A stretch of DNA of 64,000 bases, taken from positions 1 through 64,000 of IMG/VR virus record IMGVR_UViG_3300030616_000017, one strand, 5' to 3'. This DNA comes from a virus. The position numbers were made by a program, and so were the translations under genes. Shown here piece by piece: positions 55,121 through 64,000 of the stretch (positions are counted from its first letter, which is position 1; each line of letters starts with the position of its first letter). The notes under the pieces were generated by a model. It did no database searches, had not been told where the DNA came from, and saw only the letters and a program-made list of their open reading frames with translations.

Positions 55121-55700
55121 GTGATATATCTAAATGGTTTTTGCCTTCTAAGTAGTGTTTAGCATATAAATCTTCCGGTAAATTACTAAGGATGTAGGGT
55201 TTATGATCTTTTCCAATAAATTCTACTCGATCTAAGCCAAAGTGATTAGCAATTTTTCTCCAATTTTTTATCCATTTGGATTTATCCTTTCTTTCATGAT
55301 GCTGCACATATAAATCCATTCCTCCCAAATCAAACCCTAACACTTTAACTTCCTTATATCCCTCATACAGAGCTGCTGCTACCAATGTAGATCCAGATTC
55401 TGCATAAAAATGTTTCGGTAAAGTTAATTGTTGAACACCAGGTAATTCCCAAGATCTTTTATTCTTTCCATATATTGCCATTTTTAATCGGTATTTTCTT
55501 TTGTATTTTACTGCGATTTTTAACGCTACATAATCTCCTATCAATCTATCCAAGCGGGGTAATGAGCCATTTGCAAGCTCTAAAAAAGCAGAATTACAAG
55601 CCCATATTTCACCTTCCCATTCTTGAATAAACTTAACATAATTTTTTCGGGATACGCCGTTTCCTAAAATAAGTACTTTTTCATGATTGATTTGTTGCAT
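55107..55700 (-). CDS. Maf/DUF115-like (sialyltransferase-fold) glycosyltransferase candidate
   Basis: ILGNGVSR, IWACN, SGSTL, LGFDL; paralog of 57118-57738. Confidence 0.55.
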   Translation of the reverse strand: MQQINHEKVLILGNGVSRKNYVKFIQEWEGEIWACNSAFLELANGSLPRLDRLIGDYVALKIAVKYKRKYRLKMAIYGKNKRSWELPGVQQLTLPKHFYAESGSTLVAAALYEGYKEVKVLGFDLGGMDLYVQHHERKDKSKWIKNWRKIANHFGLDRVEFIGKDHKPYILSNLPEDLYAKHYLEGKNHLDISLENI

Positions 55701-56400
55701 AACCTTTTTCCTGTAATAATGTTTCTAGTATGTTCCAATCCTCTTTTTCATCTATTTCATAAGAAGTATACGGTGGTGTAATATATAAAGAAACAGGGGG
55801 AGTTAAGCGACATTTATTGTCTATATAATTTTGAATAGAGTTTATGTATATACCTCCATTTTCTACAAATAAGCCATTATGAAAGTTCTGTCTTCTTTCT
55901 CTTTTTATAGGATCATAATTAACTGGAACTCCAACTTGTTCTATTCTAGATTTATATGTCCAGAAAAACCTTTCACTTTGACTTACACTTAACAAGGATT
56001 TACAATCAGTTTCTTCTACATATTGTGAAATAGCTCCATCAACAAAAAAAGAATTTACCCACGGAGAAGTGGCCTGAACAAGAACTATGTGATCTTCTGG
56101 CTCTCTTTTAAACACACCTTTATGTATCCAGTCCATTACCGCCGATTCAGTAGTAGCTTCGTCTGTAGCTGTCTCAATAGAACGCCAATGTATTCTACCT
56201 TTTGAAAAATAAAAAGAAACAAAAGCATCTGCATAGTTCATACTATCTAAAAGTACGTGAAACTCTTCTATATAATGTGATTTTTGAAGAGCATTACATA
56301 CCCACCAAAATAAAGGCTTTCCAAGAAAATCTTTAATGTTTTTATTCGGTATTCCCTTGGATCCGCTTCTTAGAGGAACAATCCCTATATATCTACTCAT
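55681..56400 (-). CDS. neuA: Acylneuraminate cytidylyltransferase (CMP-nonulosonate synthetase); start revised to ATG 56400
   Basis: IVPLRSGSKGIPNKN, QATSP, RRQ, ENGGIY, EIDE..DW. Confidence 0.9.
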   Translation of the reverse strand: MSRYIGIVPLRSGSKGIPNKNIKDFLGKPLFWWVCNALQKSHYIEEFHVLLDSMNYADAFVSFYFSKGRIHWRSIETATDEATTESAVMDWIHKGVFKREPEDHIVLVQATSPWVNSFFVDGAISQYVEETDCKSLLSVSQSERFFWTYKSRIEQVGVPVNYDPIKRERRQNFHNGLFVENGGIYINSIQNYIDNKCRLTPPVSLYITPPYTSYEIDEKEDWNILETLLQEKGYATNQS

Positions 56401-57118
56401 AGCTTTTTTCTCCATTTTTCGTAAATACAAAAGTTGCGTAATGAATTTTTTCTCTAATGTTAGAAATATATAAAGGTTGTAAAGAAACAGAAAGTAGGGC
56501 TTTCCAAAATTCATCTAGCATAAACGAAGTAGCACGCATATGCTTAACTTTATATTCATCTATATTCTCAATAGGCTTATAAGCTTCTTCCCCATTATCG
56601 TAGCGTATTTGAATCACTCCTACTCCGTTTACTTTCAAAGCTTGAGCTATTATTTGTAACACTTCCATAGCGTATTCTTTCGAGGGAAAATGCTGAAAAA
56701 CAGCAGTAGAAAGAAAAAGGTCAACAGGATCGTGAATCGATTCTAGAACAAATTGCGGGTTCTCTTCTATTAAAATAGGAGTAAATGTAATGTTGTTTTC
56801 TTCCGCAACCGCTTGTGACGCTTCTAAACTACGGAGAGAAATATCAATACCGATATATTTTTTTATGTAAGGAATTAAAGCATTGATATTAGAACCGCCA
56901 CCAACTCCCCACTCAGCAATTATCATTGGCCCCATTTTTCGATCTAAAAATGAGAAACCCTGTTTTATTTGCGGTAAATTCCTTTTTCCTAGACTTTCCC
57001 ACTTAGCAAGGTCTTTATAAATTCCTTTTCCTCGAATATGAGAAATGGCGTCTTGATGATCTAAATCAGAACTGTTTACCCACACATCTTTTACTTTATT
57101 AAAATCTTTTTGGTCCAT
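56393..57118 (-). CDS. Class I SAM-dependent methyltransferase; start revised to ATG 57118
   Basis: EWGVGGGSN, GIDIS, STAVFQHFP. Confidence 0.8.
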   Translation of the reverse strand: MDQKDFNKVKDVWVNSSDLDHQDAISHIRGKGIYKDLAKWESLGKRNLPQIKQGFSFLDRKMGPMIIAEWGVGGGSNINALIPYIKKYIGIDISLRSLEASQAVAEENNITFTPILIEENPQFVLESIHDPVDLFLSTAVFQHFPSKEYAMEVLQIIAQALKVNGVGVIQIRYDNGEEAYKPIENIDEYKVKHMRATSFMLDEFWKALLSVSLQPLYISNIREKIHYATFVFTKNGEKSYE

Positions 57119-57738
57119 TATACAACCTCCAAGTGATTTATACCCTGCGAATACAATTGCCAATATTTATTATCTGGCTCATCACTCAATAAATATTTTT
57201 TATGATCTTTTCCTATGAATTCAATCCTATCAAGCCCATAACTTTTGGCTATCTTGCGCCAATGCTGAATCCAATTAGTTTTATTCTGAGTATGAAGATC
57301 ATCCACGTAAATATCATAACCCCCCAAATCAAACCCAGCTAAATAAATCTTTTCATACCCCTCTACTAATGCTTTAACGGTAAGCGTGCTTCCTGAATCT
57401 CTAACATACATTGCAGGAATATTATCTAATTTTTCAACATGAGGTAAAGCTATATTTTGAGGTCGTTTAGAAAAAATTCTATAGGCAAACTTGTATTTAT
57501 CAATAGCAGCAGAAGCTTCTTTTAATGCATCGTGATCACCTGTTAGTACATTAAGCCTTGGAATGTCCTTAGTAATAAGTTCTTTGAACACGTTATTGCA
57601 GCCCCATATCTCTCCCGGCCAATGCTGTACAAATGGTTTATGCCGCAGTCTTGATACCCCGTTTCCAAGAATCAATACAGATTTTATATTTGGATTTTTC
57701 CTATAGGTGTCTAGGATTCGTTTACATTGTTCTGTCAT
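57118..57738 (-). CDS. Maf/DUF115-like glycosyltransferase candidate
   Basis: ILGNGVSR, IWGCN, DSGSTL, AGFDLGG; paralog of 55107-55700. Confidence 0.55.
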   Translation of the reverse strand: MTEQCKRILDTYRKNPNIKSVLILGNGVSRLRHKPFVQHWPGEIWGCNNVFKELITKDIPRLNVLTGDHDALKEASAAIDKYKFAYRIFSKRPQNIALPHVEKLDNIPAMYVRDSGSTLTVKALVEGYEKIYLAGFDLGGYDIYVDDLHTQNKTNWIQHWRKIAKSYGLDRIEFIGKDHKKYLLSDEPDNKYWQLYSQGINHLEVV

Positions 57739-57740
57739 AA

Positions 57741-58331
57741 CTAGTTGTACCCTTTCTTTTTAAATACTAGCATTTTTAAAAAACTACTTTCTATAAACCC
57801 CCACTGATCATCCTCAATTCTACTAAACCACCAATCTCTATTTCGAATAGTTTGATGTAAGTTTCCTATATCCTTAAACTCAGATTCTTTTTTTAGAAGA
57901 TTCGTCCAAGTCATGTTTATTTCTTTTCCATATGCAATTTTAAGAAATAAATATTTTTTACTAACCCTTTTGATTTCTTTGATAGCTTGTTCCGCGTCTT
58001 CAGGAATTAGATGTTCTAATACATCACACGAAAAGACAGCGTCGAATTTATTATCCTCAAAAGGTAATTCTACAGCAGTTGCAACTTGACAAGTTGAAAG
58101 CCCTATGGTTTTAGATTCCTGAATAGCCGTAGTAGAAACATCAACACCATATCCCTCTATTCCTTTTTCAATGAATTTTTTAACCGCCATGCCTTGTGAA
58201 CAGCCAATTTCTAATAGAGAAGAAAACTTATAGTTATCGGTTATATAGTCCACATATTTTATACCGTGATTTTTTAAATCTTTATGATAGCCTTTCCTGT
58301 ATAAAAAATCATACACTTTATAATAATCCAT
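57741..58331 (-). CDS. Class I SAM-dependent methyltransferase (Methyltransf_11-like)
   Basis: LEIGCSQG, GVDVS, LPFED..FD, DVLEHL. Confidence 0.85.
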   Translation of the reverse strand: MDYYKVYDFLYRKGYHKDLKNHGIKYVDYITDNYKFSSLLEIGCSQGMAVKKFIEKGIEGYGVDVSTTAIQESKTIGLSTCQVATAVELPFEDNKFDAVFSCDVLEHLIPEDAEQAIKEIKRVSKKYLFLKIAYGKEINMTWTNLLKKESEFKDIGNLHQTIRNRDWWFSRIEDDQWGFIESSFLKMLVFKKKGYN

Positions 58332-58994
58332 TCAATTCTCCTTTAAATGCCCAAGTCTTTGTTCTAAACTATTGATTGTTTCAGAAGATGCTTTCACTTT
58401 TCCTGAAGATATTAACTCATAAATATACCGATGATTATTATCAGAATCATGAACTGTCTGAGGTGTTTTTCTGTTTCTTTGCATTTCCGCAGCTTCCTCA
58501 ATTATAGATTCTGGCAAATACCCCGGATAATATTTTTGTTTATTATTAGAATAAAAATCCACGCCTGTAATGTGAAACTCTTTTGGCGAAGCAGAAACAA
58601 TCATATCTAAAATAATAGCACCCATTAAAGCCCCTCTAATTTCCAATACTCGGGGACTTTGAACTATTACTTCAACAGGAACACCATTATCTATAATTGA
58701 ATCATATAAAGGAGAGTTAAAACTTTTACAATATATATGCTTTAACCCCCGGGCTTTAAGTTTGTCCATATCTATTTCTTGAATATGCCTTTGAAATTGA
58801 GAATTAAAAAATAGAACTGAGTACTTACTTCCATAATCTCTATTAAAATCGGGATCATCTAAGAAAAAAACTGAACCGTTAGTTCTTACAACTATGTCAA
58901 AAGAATCAATCCATTCCCCTAACCCCTTATTTCTAATGCAAGGAGAGGGACCTACAAATATAACTTTTTTATTGGTCATATATTCTATATTCAC
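58332..58994 (-). CDS. GT29-like sialyltransferase
   Basis: VIFVGPS......G..IDSFD.VVRTN (sialylmotif L-like), ITGVDFY, H..D. Confidence 0.7.
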   Translation of the reverse strand: MNIEYMTNKKVIFVGPSPCIRNKGLGEWIDSFDIVVRTNGSVFFLDDPDFNRDYGSKYSVLFFNSQFQRHIQEIDMDKLKARGLKHIYCKSFNSPLYDSIIDNGVPVEVIVQSPRVLEIRGALMGAIILDMIVSASPKEFHITGVDFYSNNKQKYYPGYLPESIIEEAAEMQRNRKTPQTVHDSDNNHRYIYELISSGKVKASSETINSLEQRLGHLKEN

Positions 58995-59012
58995 TTAAAC
59001 CTCTTTTTTAGT

Positions 59013-60110
59013 TTAATTGCTTTCACAATATCTATTAAACTCATCAAAATTATTTTTGATAATATGAAATAAGTTTTCTTTAGCTTCTTCAATTTCCTTT
59101 TGAATTTTTCTCTTGTGCTGTAACATATATAAAGCTTTTTCTACTAGAGTTTCTTGTATTTTATCTTCATCATCCAGATCAATCATCCAGTCAAGTTTAT
59201 TTATATCTTCCAGAAAAAACTTAATTTTATTATGCACATGCAAAGACAGAACAGGAATTCCTAATCCAAAAGGAATCATCTGAGAGTGACCTCTACCTGC
59301 AATTACTAAATCGAAAGATTTATAGAAGTTAAAAGAATCTTCTACTGAGTAACGTCTTATATCAATAATAGTATGTGGAATATTTAATTCAACTAAATAA
59401 TCTAGAATTTCAACATCAAAATTGGGAGCATGAAGAACAACAGTAATTGAATACCCTTTATCTACTAATTCCTCAATCCCTTTAGCAATAGGTAAAACTT
59501 TTTGGCGAGGTGTTTCTCCGTATCTCAAAACTTTTCGATCAAAAGGAATATTTATTGCAATCTTTTTTGTTTTTCCGGGGTTTGTAGGAACATTCCACAG
59601 ATGATTAATAATTGTGGTAGTACAAGGTACAAAAGAAATATCAGTGTCTAAATCTGAAGGAAAATGAGGTAATAGTTTCTCAATATCCCCTTTATGTCTA
59701 AGACTGAAGTGAATAGTTTTTTGAGATAATAATTCTACAGAAGATAGAAATAGTTCACTTGGTTCTTGCCCCCAAAAATAATTAAACCCTACAGTAAAAA
59801 CAATAATAGGAATTTGAATACTTTCTAAGACCTCATTGCTTACTTTCCAATGCCAACCAGAAACTTCATTAGAGGATAATCCATGCGCCATAAACAGACC
59901 TCCTCCCCCCACCAGAATTACATCAACATCTTCTAAAATAGTTTTAGCATTTTCATCTGCCCATTCTCTTATATTCATAGGTTTCCATGAAATAGAGTGC
60001 TTACAAAACTTTTCAAACGTTTTTCTAACAGCATGTGTTAAGACATAGTCTCCGTAATTGCCTCTTTTTTCTGAGTAACTTAGATGTAGAATTCTTACAG
60101 GCTCACTCAT
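59013..60110 (-). CDS. Polysaccharide pyruvyltransferase family protein
   Basis: GNYGD, VGGGGLF, SLR, GRGHSQMIPFGLG.P. Confidence 0.85.
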   Translation of the reverse strand: MSEPVRILHLSYSEKRGNYGDYVLTHAVRKTFEKFCKHSISWKPMNIREWADENAKTILEDVDVILVGGGGLFMAHGLSSNEVSGWHWKVSNEVLESIQIPIIVFTVGFNYFWGQEPSELFLSSVELLSQKTIHFSLRHKGDIEKLLPHFPSDLDTDISFVPCTTTIINHLWNVPTNPGKTKKIAINIPFDRKVLRYGETPRQKVLPIAKGIEELVDKGYSITVVLHAPNFDVEILDYLVELNIPHTIIDIRRYSVEDSFNFYKSFDLVIAGRGHSQMIPFGLGIPVLSLHVHNKIKFFLEDINKLDWMIDLDDEDKIQETLVEKALYMLQHKRKIQKEIEEAKENLFHIIKNNFDEFNRYCESN

Positions 60111-60768
60111 ACGCTTCCTTATGTGATATTATCATATCTAGTTTTTCTAAAAAACGAGCATCACAACTTATATAATGTGTTTCAATTATTTCTTTTAAGA
60201 CTACAGCATTCCAATACCTCGAATGGGCTAAGTGGCCGTCTTTATGTGATTCATCTTCAAACGCTTTCATAGTTGGATGAATATACCCTTCCACATATCC
60301 ACTCCAATCTTTATTGTACACATTAGCCCGATTTATGTACATATCCATTCCAGTAAGAAAGAGGTGCTTAGGCTTTAATTTTGTTAAATAGTGGACAACA
60401 GCAACTCCTGAATACGTAAACCCTCTTTTCATTTTACTTTCCACTTCTTTGAAAGCTCGAGGAATAGCTGTATGAGGAATATCTGTATATTGCGGGTAAT
60501 TTCTTTTGAAAAGAAAATGTTTTACAAAAGGGTATTTTTTAAGGTCTGGTTTTAATTCTCTTACAAATGGATTAGTTAAAAAATGAAGTGTGTCTTTTTT
60601 TCCGTAATCTTTTTGATATTCTTTATCTTTTTGTATAAAGAGAGAGCCATTAAACTTCACCACAACATCATGTGAATCAATAAACTCTCCGAGGCGTTTC
60701 CCTTTAATAATATCACTGCTGCCAACAACAATAATTGATTTTCCTTCTACAATTTCCTTGCAATCCAT
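60103..60768 (-). CDS. GT29-like sialyltransferase
   Basis: IIVVGSS......G.FIDSHDVVVKFN...DYG.K, SG, LTGMDMY, H. Confidence 0.72.
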   Translation of the reverse strand: MDCKEIVEGKSIIVVGSSDIIKGKRLGEFIDSHDVVVKFNGSLFIQKDKEYQKDYGKKDTLHFLTNPFVRELKPDLKKYPFVKHFLFKRNYPQYTDIPHTAIPRAFKEVESKMKRGFTYSGVAVVHYLTKLKPKHLFLTGMDMYINRANVYNKDWSGYVEGYIHPTMKAFEDESHKDGHLAHSRYWNAVVLKEIIETHYISCDARFLEKLDMIISHKEAYE

Positions 60769-62039
60769 GATGTATCCTTAAAGGTTGCTTCAACCTTAAT
60801 GTTTCTATCTACAGCTTTTCGAACTCCGGGATGATGTTTACTTAAATAATCATGACCCCCTATAAAGCCGCCTCTCTTGACTTTCGGTAGCCACATTTTA
60901 ATATCCTGCTCTACGAATTCTTCTGCGTGATTACCATCAATATATACAAAGTCTAAACTCCCCTCTTTGAAATCTTTTACAGCTTCTTGAGATTTTGTTT
61001 TTATTTTAGTCACGTTAGGATATTGTGAAAGTACAAAGATATCAAATTGTTTTTCCACCTCAACCATATTATATTTAGACGGATCGGAGGCCCCGTCGTA
61101 ATTACTATAATTAGATTGCCAAGGGTCAACACAAGTTAAATGTTTAACTCTTTTAGCAAAAACTTCGGATGAATTTCCGGCAAAAGAACCAATTTCCACC
61201 ATAGTTACTTTTTCGATAGGTTTTACTCGGCTGATGTAATCACATAAATCTTCTAACCCCGAAATAGCATTTTTTGCTTTTCTTATACTAATTCTGTTCA
61301 TAATGTTCCACCATTTTTCTTCTAACTTAGCAAAATCTACCTTATCGCGGTAGTCTCTTCTTGTAATAGGATCTTGCCAAGGTTTAATAGCTACGTAATG
61401 TAGAATCTTAGCTTTATCAACTGTTTTCTTAAACTTATCACTTTTATACATTCTTTTTTCTACATTATACTCTTTAGGTAGAATTTGTGTTTTTTCTCTG
61501 AAATACTTATTTAAGCATTCTTGATCAGGCAACTTATATCCCTGTTTAATATCTTCGACTAATGCGTGATACGTTTTCTCATTTAACCATTGTTTGCCTA
61601 TAACAAATACTCCGCTATTGAAAGTACTAACAAGTCTATCACAAGCCTCTCTGTAGCTTCTCACAGCTAAAAACTCAGTATGATCTCTAAACAATAAACT
61701 TATTCTATCAAGCACTATCACATCTAAATCAATAAAAATAGCTTGTTGATACCCAAGCTTATACAAAGAAAAAATATCTAGCTTGTAATACGTATTGCGA
61801 AGATGAGGTACGGTTATTTCAAAATTAGTACCTTCATACATCTTATAATTCGGTTGAATAAATGTAAGCTTTGGATAGTATTGACGACAAAACTCTCTAT
61901 CTTTCTCTGTCATTCCTATTTCAAGAAGAACAAAATCAAGAGAAAAATCGGGATGCACTTGAAGCAGAGATTTAACAAATCCTACATAACCAGGAATAAA
62001 ATTCGGCGTAATTAGGGAGCATAAACACTTTTTTAACAT
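60747..62039 (-). CDS. GT8 glycosyltransferase fused to a Methyltransf_24-type methyltransferase
   Basis: YYKL, DLD, FNSGVF, DQ..LN, HY..KPW; then EIGSFAGNS, VDPW, YIDGNH, GGHDY. Confidence 0.85.
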   Translation of the reverse strand: MLKKCLCSLITPNFIPGYVGFVKSLLQVHPDFSLDFVLLEIGMTEKDREFCRQYYPKLTFIQPNYKMYEGTNFEITVPHLRNTYYKLDIFSLYKLGYQQAIFIDLDVIVLDRISLLFRDHTEFLAVRSYREACDRLVSTFNSGVFVIGKQWLNEKTYHALVEDIKQGYKLPDQECLNKYFREKTQILPKEYNVEKRMYKSDKFKKTVDKAKILHYVAIKPWQDPITRRDYRDKVDFAKLEEKWWNIMNRISIRKAKNAISGLEDLCDYISRVKPIEKVTMVEIGSFAGNSSEVFAKRVKHLTCVDPWQSNYSNYDGASDPSKYNMVEVEKQFDIFVLSQYPNVTKIKTKSQEAVKDFKEGSLDFVYIDGNHAEEFVEQDIKMWLPKVKRGGFIGGHDYLSKHHPGVRKAVDRNIKVEATFKDTSWIARKL

Positions 62040-62875
62040 CCACGTAAATCCTCTCTCTTTTTAAGTTCGCTGGGAAACACTTCTCTGGGCTCATACCCTG
62101 TATATGCGGTACTTAAATCTCTGATGCCTTTGACTAACTTAAAAAATCCCGAAGGCTCTATTGAGGATTTTTGATCACTCCCCCACATAGCGTGGTCCAT
62201 TGTAATGTGTGCTTCTACCCATTTAGCTCCTAGGTAAATAGAAGCAATGGTTGGTATAATTCCATAATAGTGATTGCTGTAGCCTGCACAAATATGAGGC
62301 CACTTATCCTTTATCCACTCAATATAGCGCAAGTTTAATTCTTCTACGGGAGTAGGATAGGCAGAGTTGGTGTGCATAAGCACGTGAGGTTGTAGCAAAC
62401 TGACTGCTTCTGCAACTTCTTGTTCATTACTCATACCAGAGGACATAATCCTAAATCTGAAATTCTCTTTACAAAACTGTAAAAGTTCTTTGTTGGTAAT
62501 ATGAGCGGAAGGAATTTTGACAATTTGTGTCAGTTCGGTCATAAATTGAGCGCTCTCTATGTCCCAAACAGAAGCAAAAAAGCCAATGTTGTTCTCTTTT
62601 GCTTTTTTACTGAGATACAAGTACTCATCTCTATCAAACTCAATGTCTTTTTTGTATTGAAGGTATGTGGTGGGATCTTTTCGCCAAGGAACAATTTTCT
62701 CTTGGTTTTTCTTCTCAGGAGGAACTGCTTTATCTGGGTCTCTTTTTTGGAACTTTACATAGTCCGCGCCAGATAAAGCAGCTACTTGAATTAACTTTAC
62801 AGCTGTATCGACATCTTTTCCTTTTTCCTCTGTTACCGCATTGATACCTATTTCTGCAATAATATTTACTTTCAT
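62033..62875 (-). CDS. neuB: N-acetylneuraminate / nonulosonate synthase (short form lacking the C-terminal SAF domain)
   Basis: IIAEIGIN, VKFQKR, ASVWD, KIPSA, H.NSAYP, GYSNH, E.HIT.D..MWGSDQ. Confidence 0.9.
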   Translation of the reverse strand: MKVNIIAEIGINAVTEEKGKDVDTAVKLIQVAALSGADYVKFQKRDPDKAVPPEKKNQEKIVPWRKDPTTYLQYKKDIEFDRDEYLYLSKKAKENNIGFFASVWDIESAQFMTELTQIVKIPSAHITNKELLQFCKENFRFRIMSSGMSNEQEVAEAVSLLQPHVLMHTNSAYPTPVEELNLRYIEWIKDKWPHICAGYSNHYYGIIPTIASIYLGAKWVEAHITMDHAMWGSDQKSSIEPSGFFKLVKGIRDLSTAYTGYEPREVFPSELKKREDLRGC

Positions 62876-62918
62876 CTTTGCTATATCCTTTTCTATATAG
62901 TTTTTACTTGGAACGTTA

Positions 62919-62930
62919 CATTATATTAGT
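62919..62930 (-). promoter_or_regulatory. Late-promoter motif variant ACTAATATAATG at the head of the glycosylation operon
   Basis: 11/12 match, about 45 nt upstream of neuB. Confidence 0.65.
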
Positions 62931-62959
62931 AAAAGGGGTGAAAGTAAAAGCAAAGATAA

Positions 62960-63607
62960 TCAAGGAGATAAATATCGCCTGAGATCCTGCTGAATATCTT
63001 TAAGACGAATTTGTATCCATTGAGTAGTATATCCCATTTTTTTCCCAATAGCGTTATAAGTATAACCGCCCAGCCTCATCTCTAGCATAGAGCTATCTTC
63101 TACAGAAAGACTCTTCTTGAAAGAATCAATAGTAATCTTTAAATCTATATCACCCCCGAAACTTTCGTAGTTCTTAGAAGCGCAAATAGAATTATCTATT
63201 CTTTGATCTATTCCTGCTAAAGAGTCGTTAAAGGAATGAGTTACAAGAGCTGCTTCAGGGAGAGGGGTATGTCGGGGTCTTTTTTTTCTTCCGTCCACTT
63301 CAAAAACGGAAAATCTTTCTTTCGTGGCATATCTTTTTATTTGATTGCGAAGAATGTAGTTAAAAATTGCCCAAATCTTCCAAGTAGAAGAATTAGTGAT
63401 TTTATTAAGTTGCACGTTATTTACTGCTTTTTGCATAGAAAAATAGGCATCTGATACAAAATCCTGTTTATCTTCCCTGGTAAACCCATATATTTTGCCT
63501 ATTTTAAAGGCAGTATGGGTTATAAAAGGTTTGTATTTTTCATACAAAGCATATAACATGTCATTATTTCCATTTTTTGCAGCTACTACCATTTGGTAAT
63601 CGTTCAT
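62960..63607 (-). CDS. Phage-encoded sigma-70-family RNA polymerase sigma factor
   Basis: Region 2 (A.NG....LYEKY.PFI...A...EDKQDF) and region 4 HTH (GYTYNAIGKKMGYTTQWI). Confidence 0.8.
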   Translation of the reverse strand: MNDYQMVVAAKNGNNDMLYALYEKYKPFITHTAFKIGKIYGFTREDKQDFVSDAYFSMQKAVNNVQLNKITNSSTWKIWAIFNYILRNQIKRYATKERFSVFEVDGRKKRPRHTPLPEAALVTHSFNDSLAGIDQRIDNSICASKNYESFGGDIDLKITIDSFKKSLSVEDSSMLEMRLGGYTYNAIGKKMGYTTQWIQIRLKDIQQDLRRYLSP

Positions 63608-63620
63608 AGAGCCTCCTGTT

Positions 63621-63632
63621 ACATATATTAGT
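63621..63632 (-). promoter_or_regulatory. Late-promoter motif variant ACTAATATATGT upstream of the sigma gene
   Basis: Core ACTAATATA conserved; between terminator and AGGAGG RBS. Confidence 0.5.
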
Positions 63633-63638
63633 GCATAT

Positions 63639-63668
63639 AAAATAGCAGGACCCGTTACGGATCCTGCT
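63639..63668 (-). terminator. Rho-independent terminator
   Basis: AGCAGGA.CCGT / ACGG.TCCTGCT stem with flanking T-runs. Confidence 0.75.
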
Positions 63669-63683
63669 TTTGAAAAAAGGGGG

Positions 63684-63944
63684 TTAAATAAGGTTATAGG
63701 ATTTCGCCTTTGTAATCAGGTCATCCACTACTTCATCTATCGTGGTTCTTTCTTGAAGAACATCGTCGATGAAATTCGACATCGTAGAAATGTCGGTTCC
63801 CTCTCTTGTATTGACAGCTCTCAGAACAGAAGGAAGAGAGTATCCTGCAGGACTTCCTGTCATACCCTGCGTTTTTGCCTCAAAAACCTTCTGAAGATCC
63901 TGTCCCGTCTTTTCAATCTCGGTCAGTTCAATTCTCTTATTCAT
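63684..63944 (-). CDS. Hypothetical protein (start revised to ATG 63944)
   Basis: CAGGAGG RBS before MNKRIEL. Confidence 0.6.
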   Translation of the reverse strand: MNKRIELTEIEKTGQDLQKVFEAKTQGMTGSPAGYSLPSVLRAVNTREGTDISTMSNFIDDVLQERTTIDEVVDDLITKAKSYNLI

Positions 63945-64000
63945 AAATGCCTCCTGGTTATTGTTTCTATTAATATTATACCTTATTTTCAAACAAAAAG

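Noticed and set aside
1074-63454. All plus-strand ORFs in the track and the short alternative-frame minus ORFs inside long genes
   Set aside because: They are antisense or frame shadows of well-supported minus-strand genes, with Ser/Phe/Leu-rich composition mirroring E/K codons and no RBS or motifs
1-64000. Stop-codon reassignment, tRNA or rRNA genes
   Set aside because: Genes are full length under code 11 with TAA, TAG and TGA all used as stops; no cloverleaf or rRNA-like segment recognised in the short intergenic gaps
1-64000. Host assignment (e.g. spirochaete or other diderm anaerobe)
   Set aside because: Only indirect hints (spanin-like pair, ferritin-like protein, nonulosonate genes); cannot be supported without searches

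Overview
A 64-kb segment of a large tailed-phage genome (contractile-tailed myovirus, T4-like morphogenesis gene set, standard genetic code, essentially all genes on the minus strand, host not identifiable from the sequence). Reading along the minus strand (right to left): a phage sigma-70-family factor; a 9-gene nonulosonic (sialic)-acid glycosylation locus (neuB, GT8-methyltransferase fusion, two GT29-like and two Maf/DUF115-like transferases, pyruvyltransferase, two methyltransferases, neuA); macrodomain, Pth2 and Mre11/SbcD-like genes; portal, protease-scaffold fusion, Hsp20 and major capsid; a Hef-like endonuclease; neck genes; a ~17-kb cluster of small accessory genes; then tail terminator, sheath, tube, chaperone, tape measure, baseplate hub/spike, a 3513-aa modular tail fibre, a lipase and baseplate wedges. 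The most striking unexplained signal is a portable ~28-aa module (consensus KxxIIEIxExxRIGxVILEKGDKIxI) present ten times on unrelated cargo domains, including an encapsulin-type ferritin and one decayed copy, and usually followed by a T4-gp21-type [ILV]-x-E site. I interpret it as a candidate capsid cargo-loading tag. Other notable signals: a 12-nt late-promoter motif ACTAATATAATA found 19 times (it also precedes the sialylation locus and appears to give leaderless mRNAs), a candidate +1 frameshift in the tail chaperone, and twin bulged-G hairpins over the hsp20 ribosome-binding site. All product calls come from motif recognition by eye and gene order; no database searches were run.
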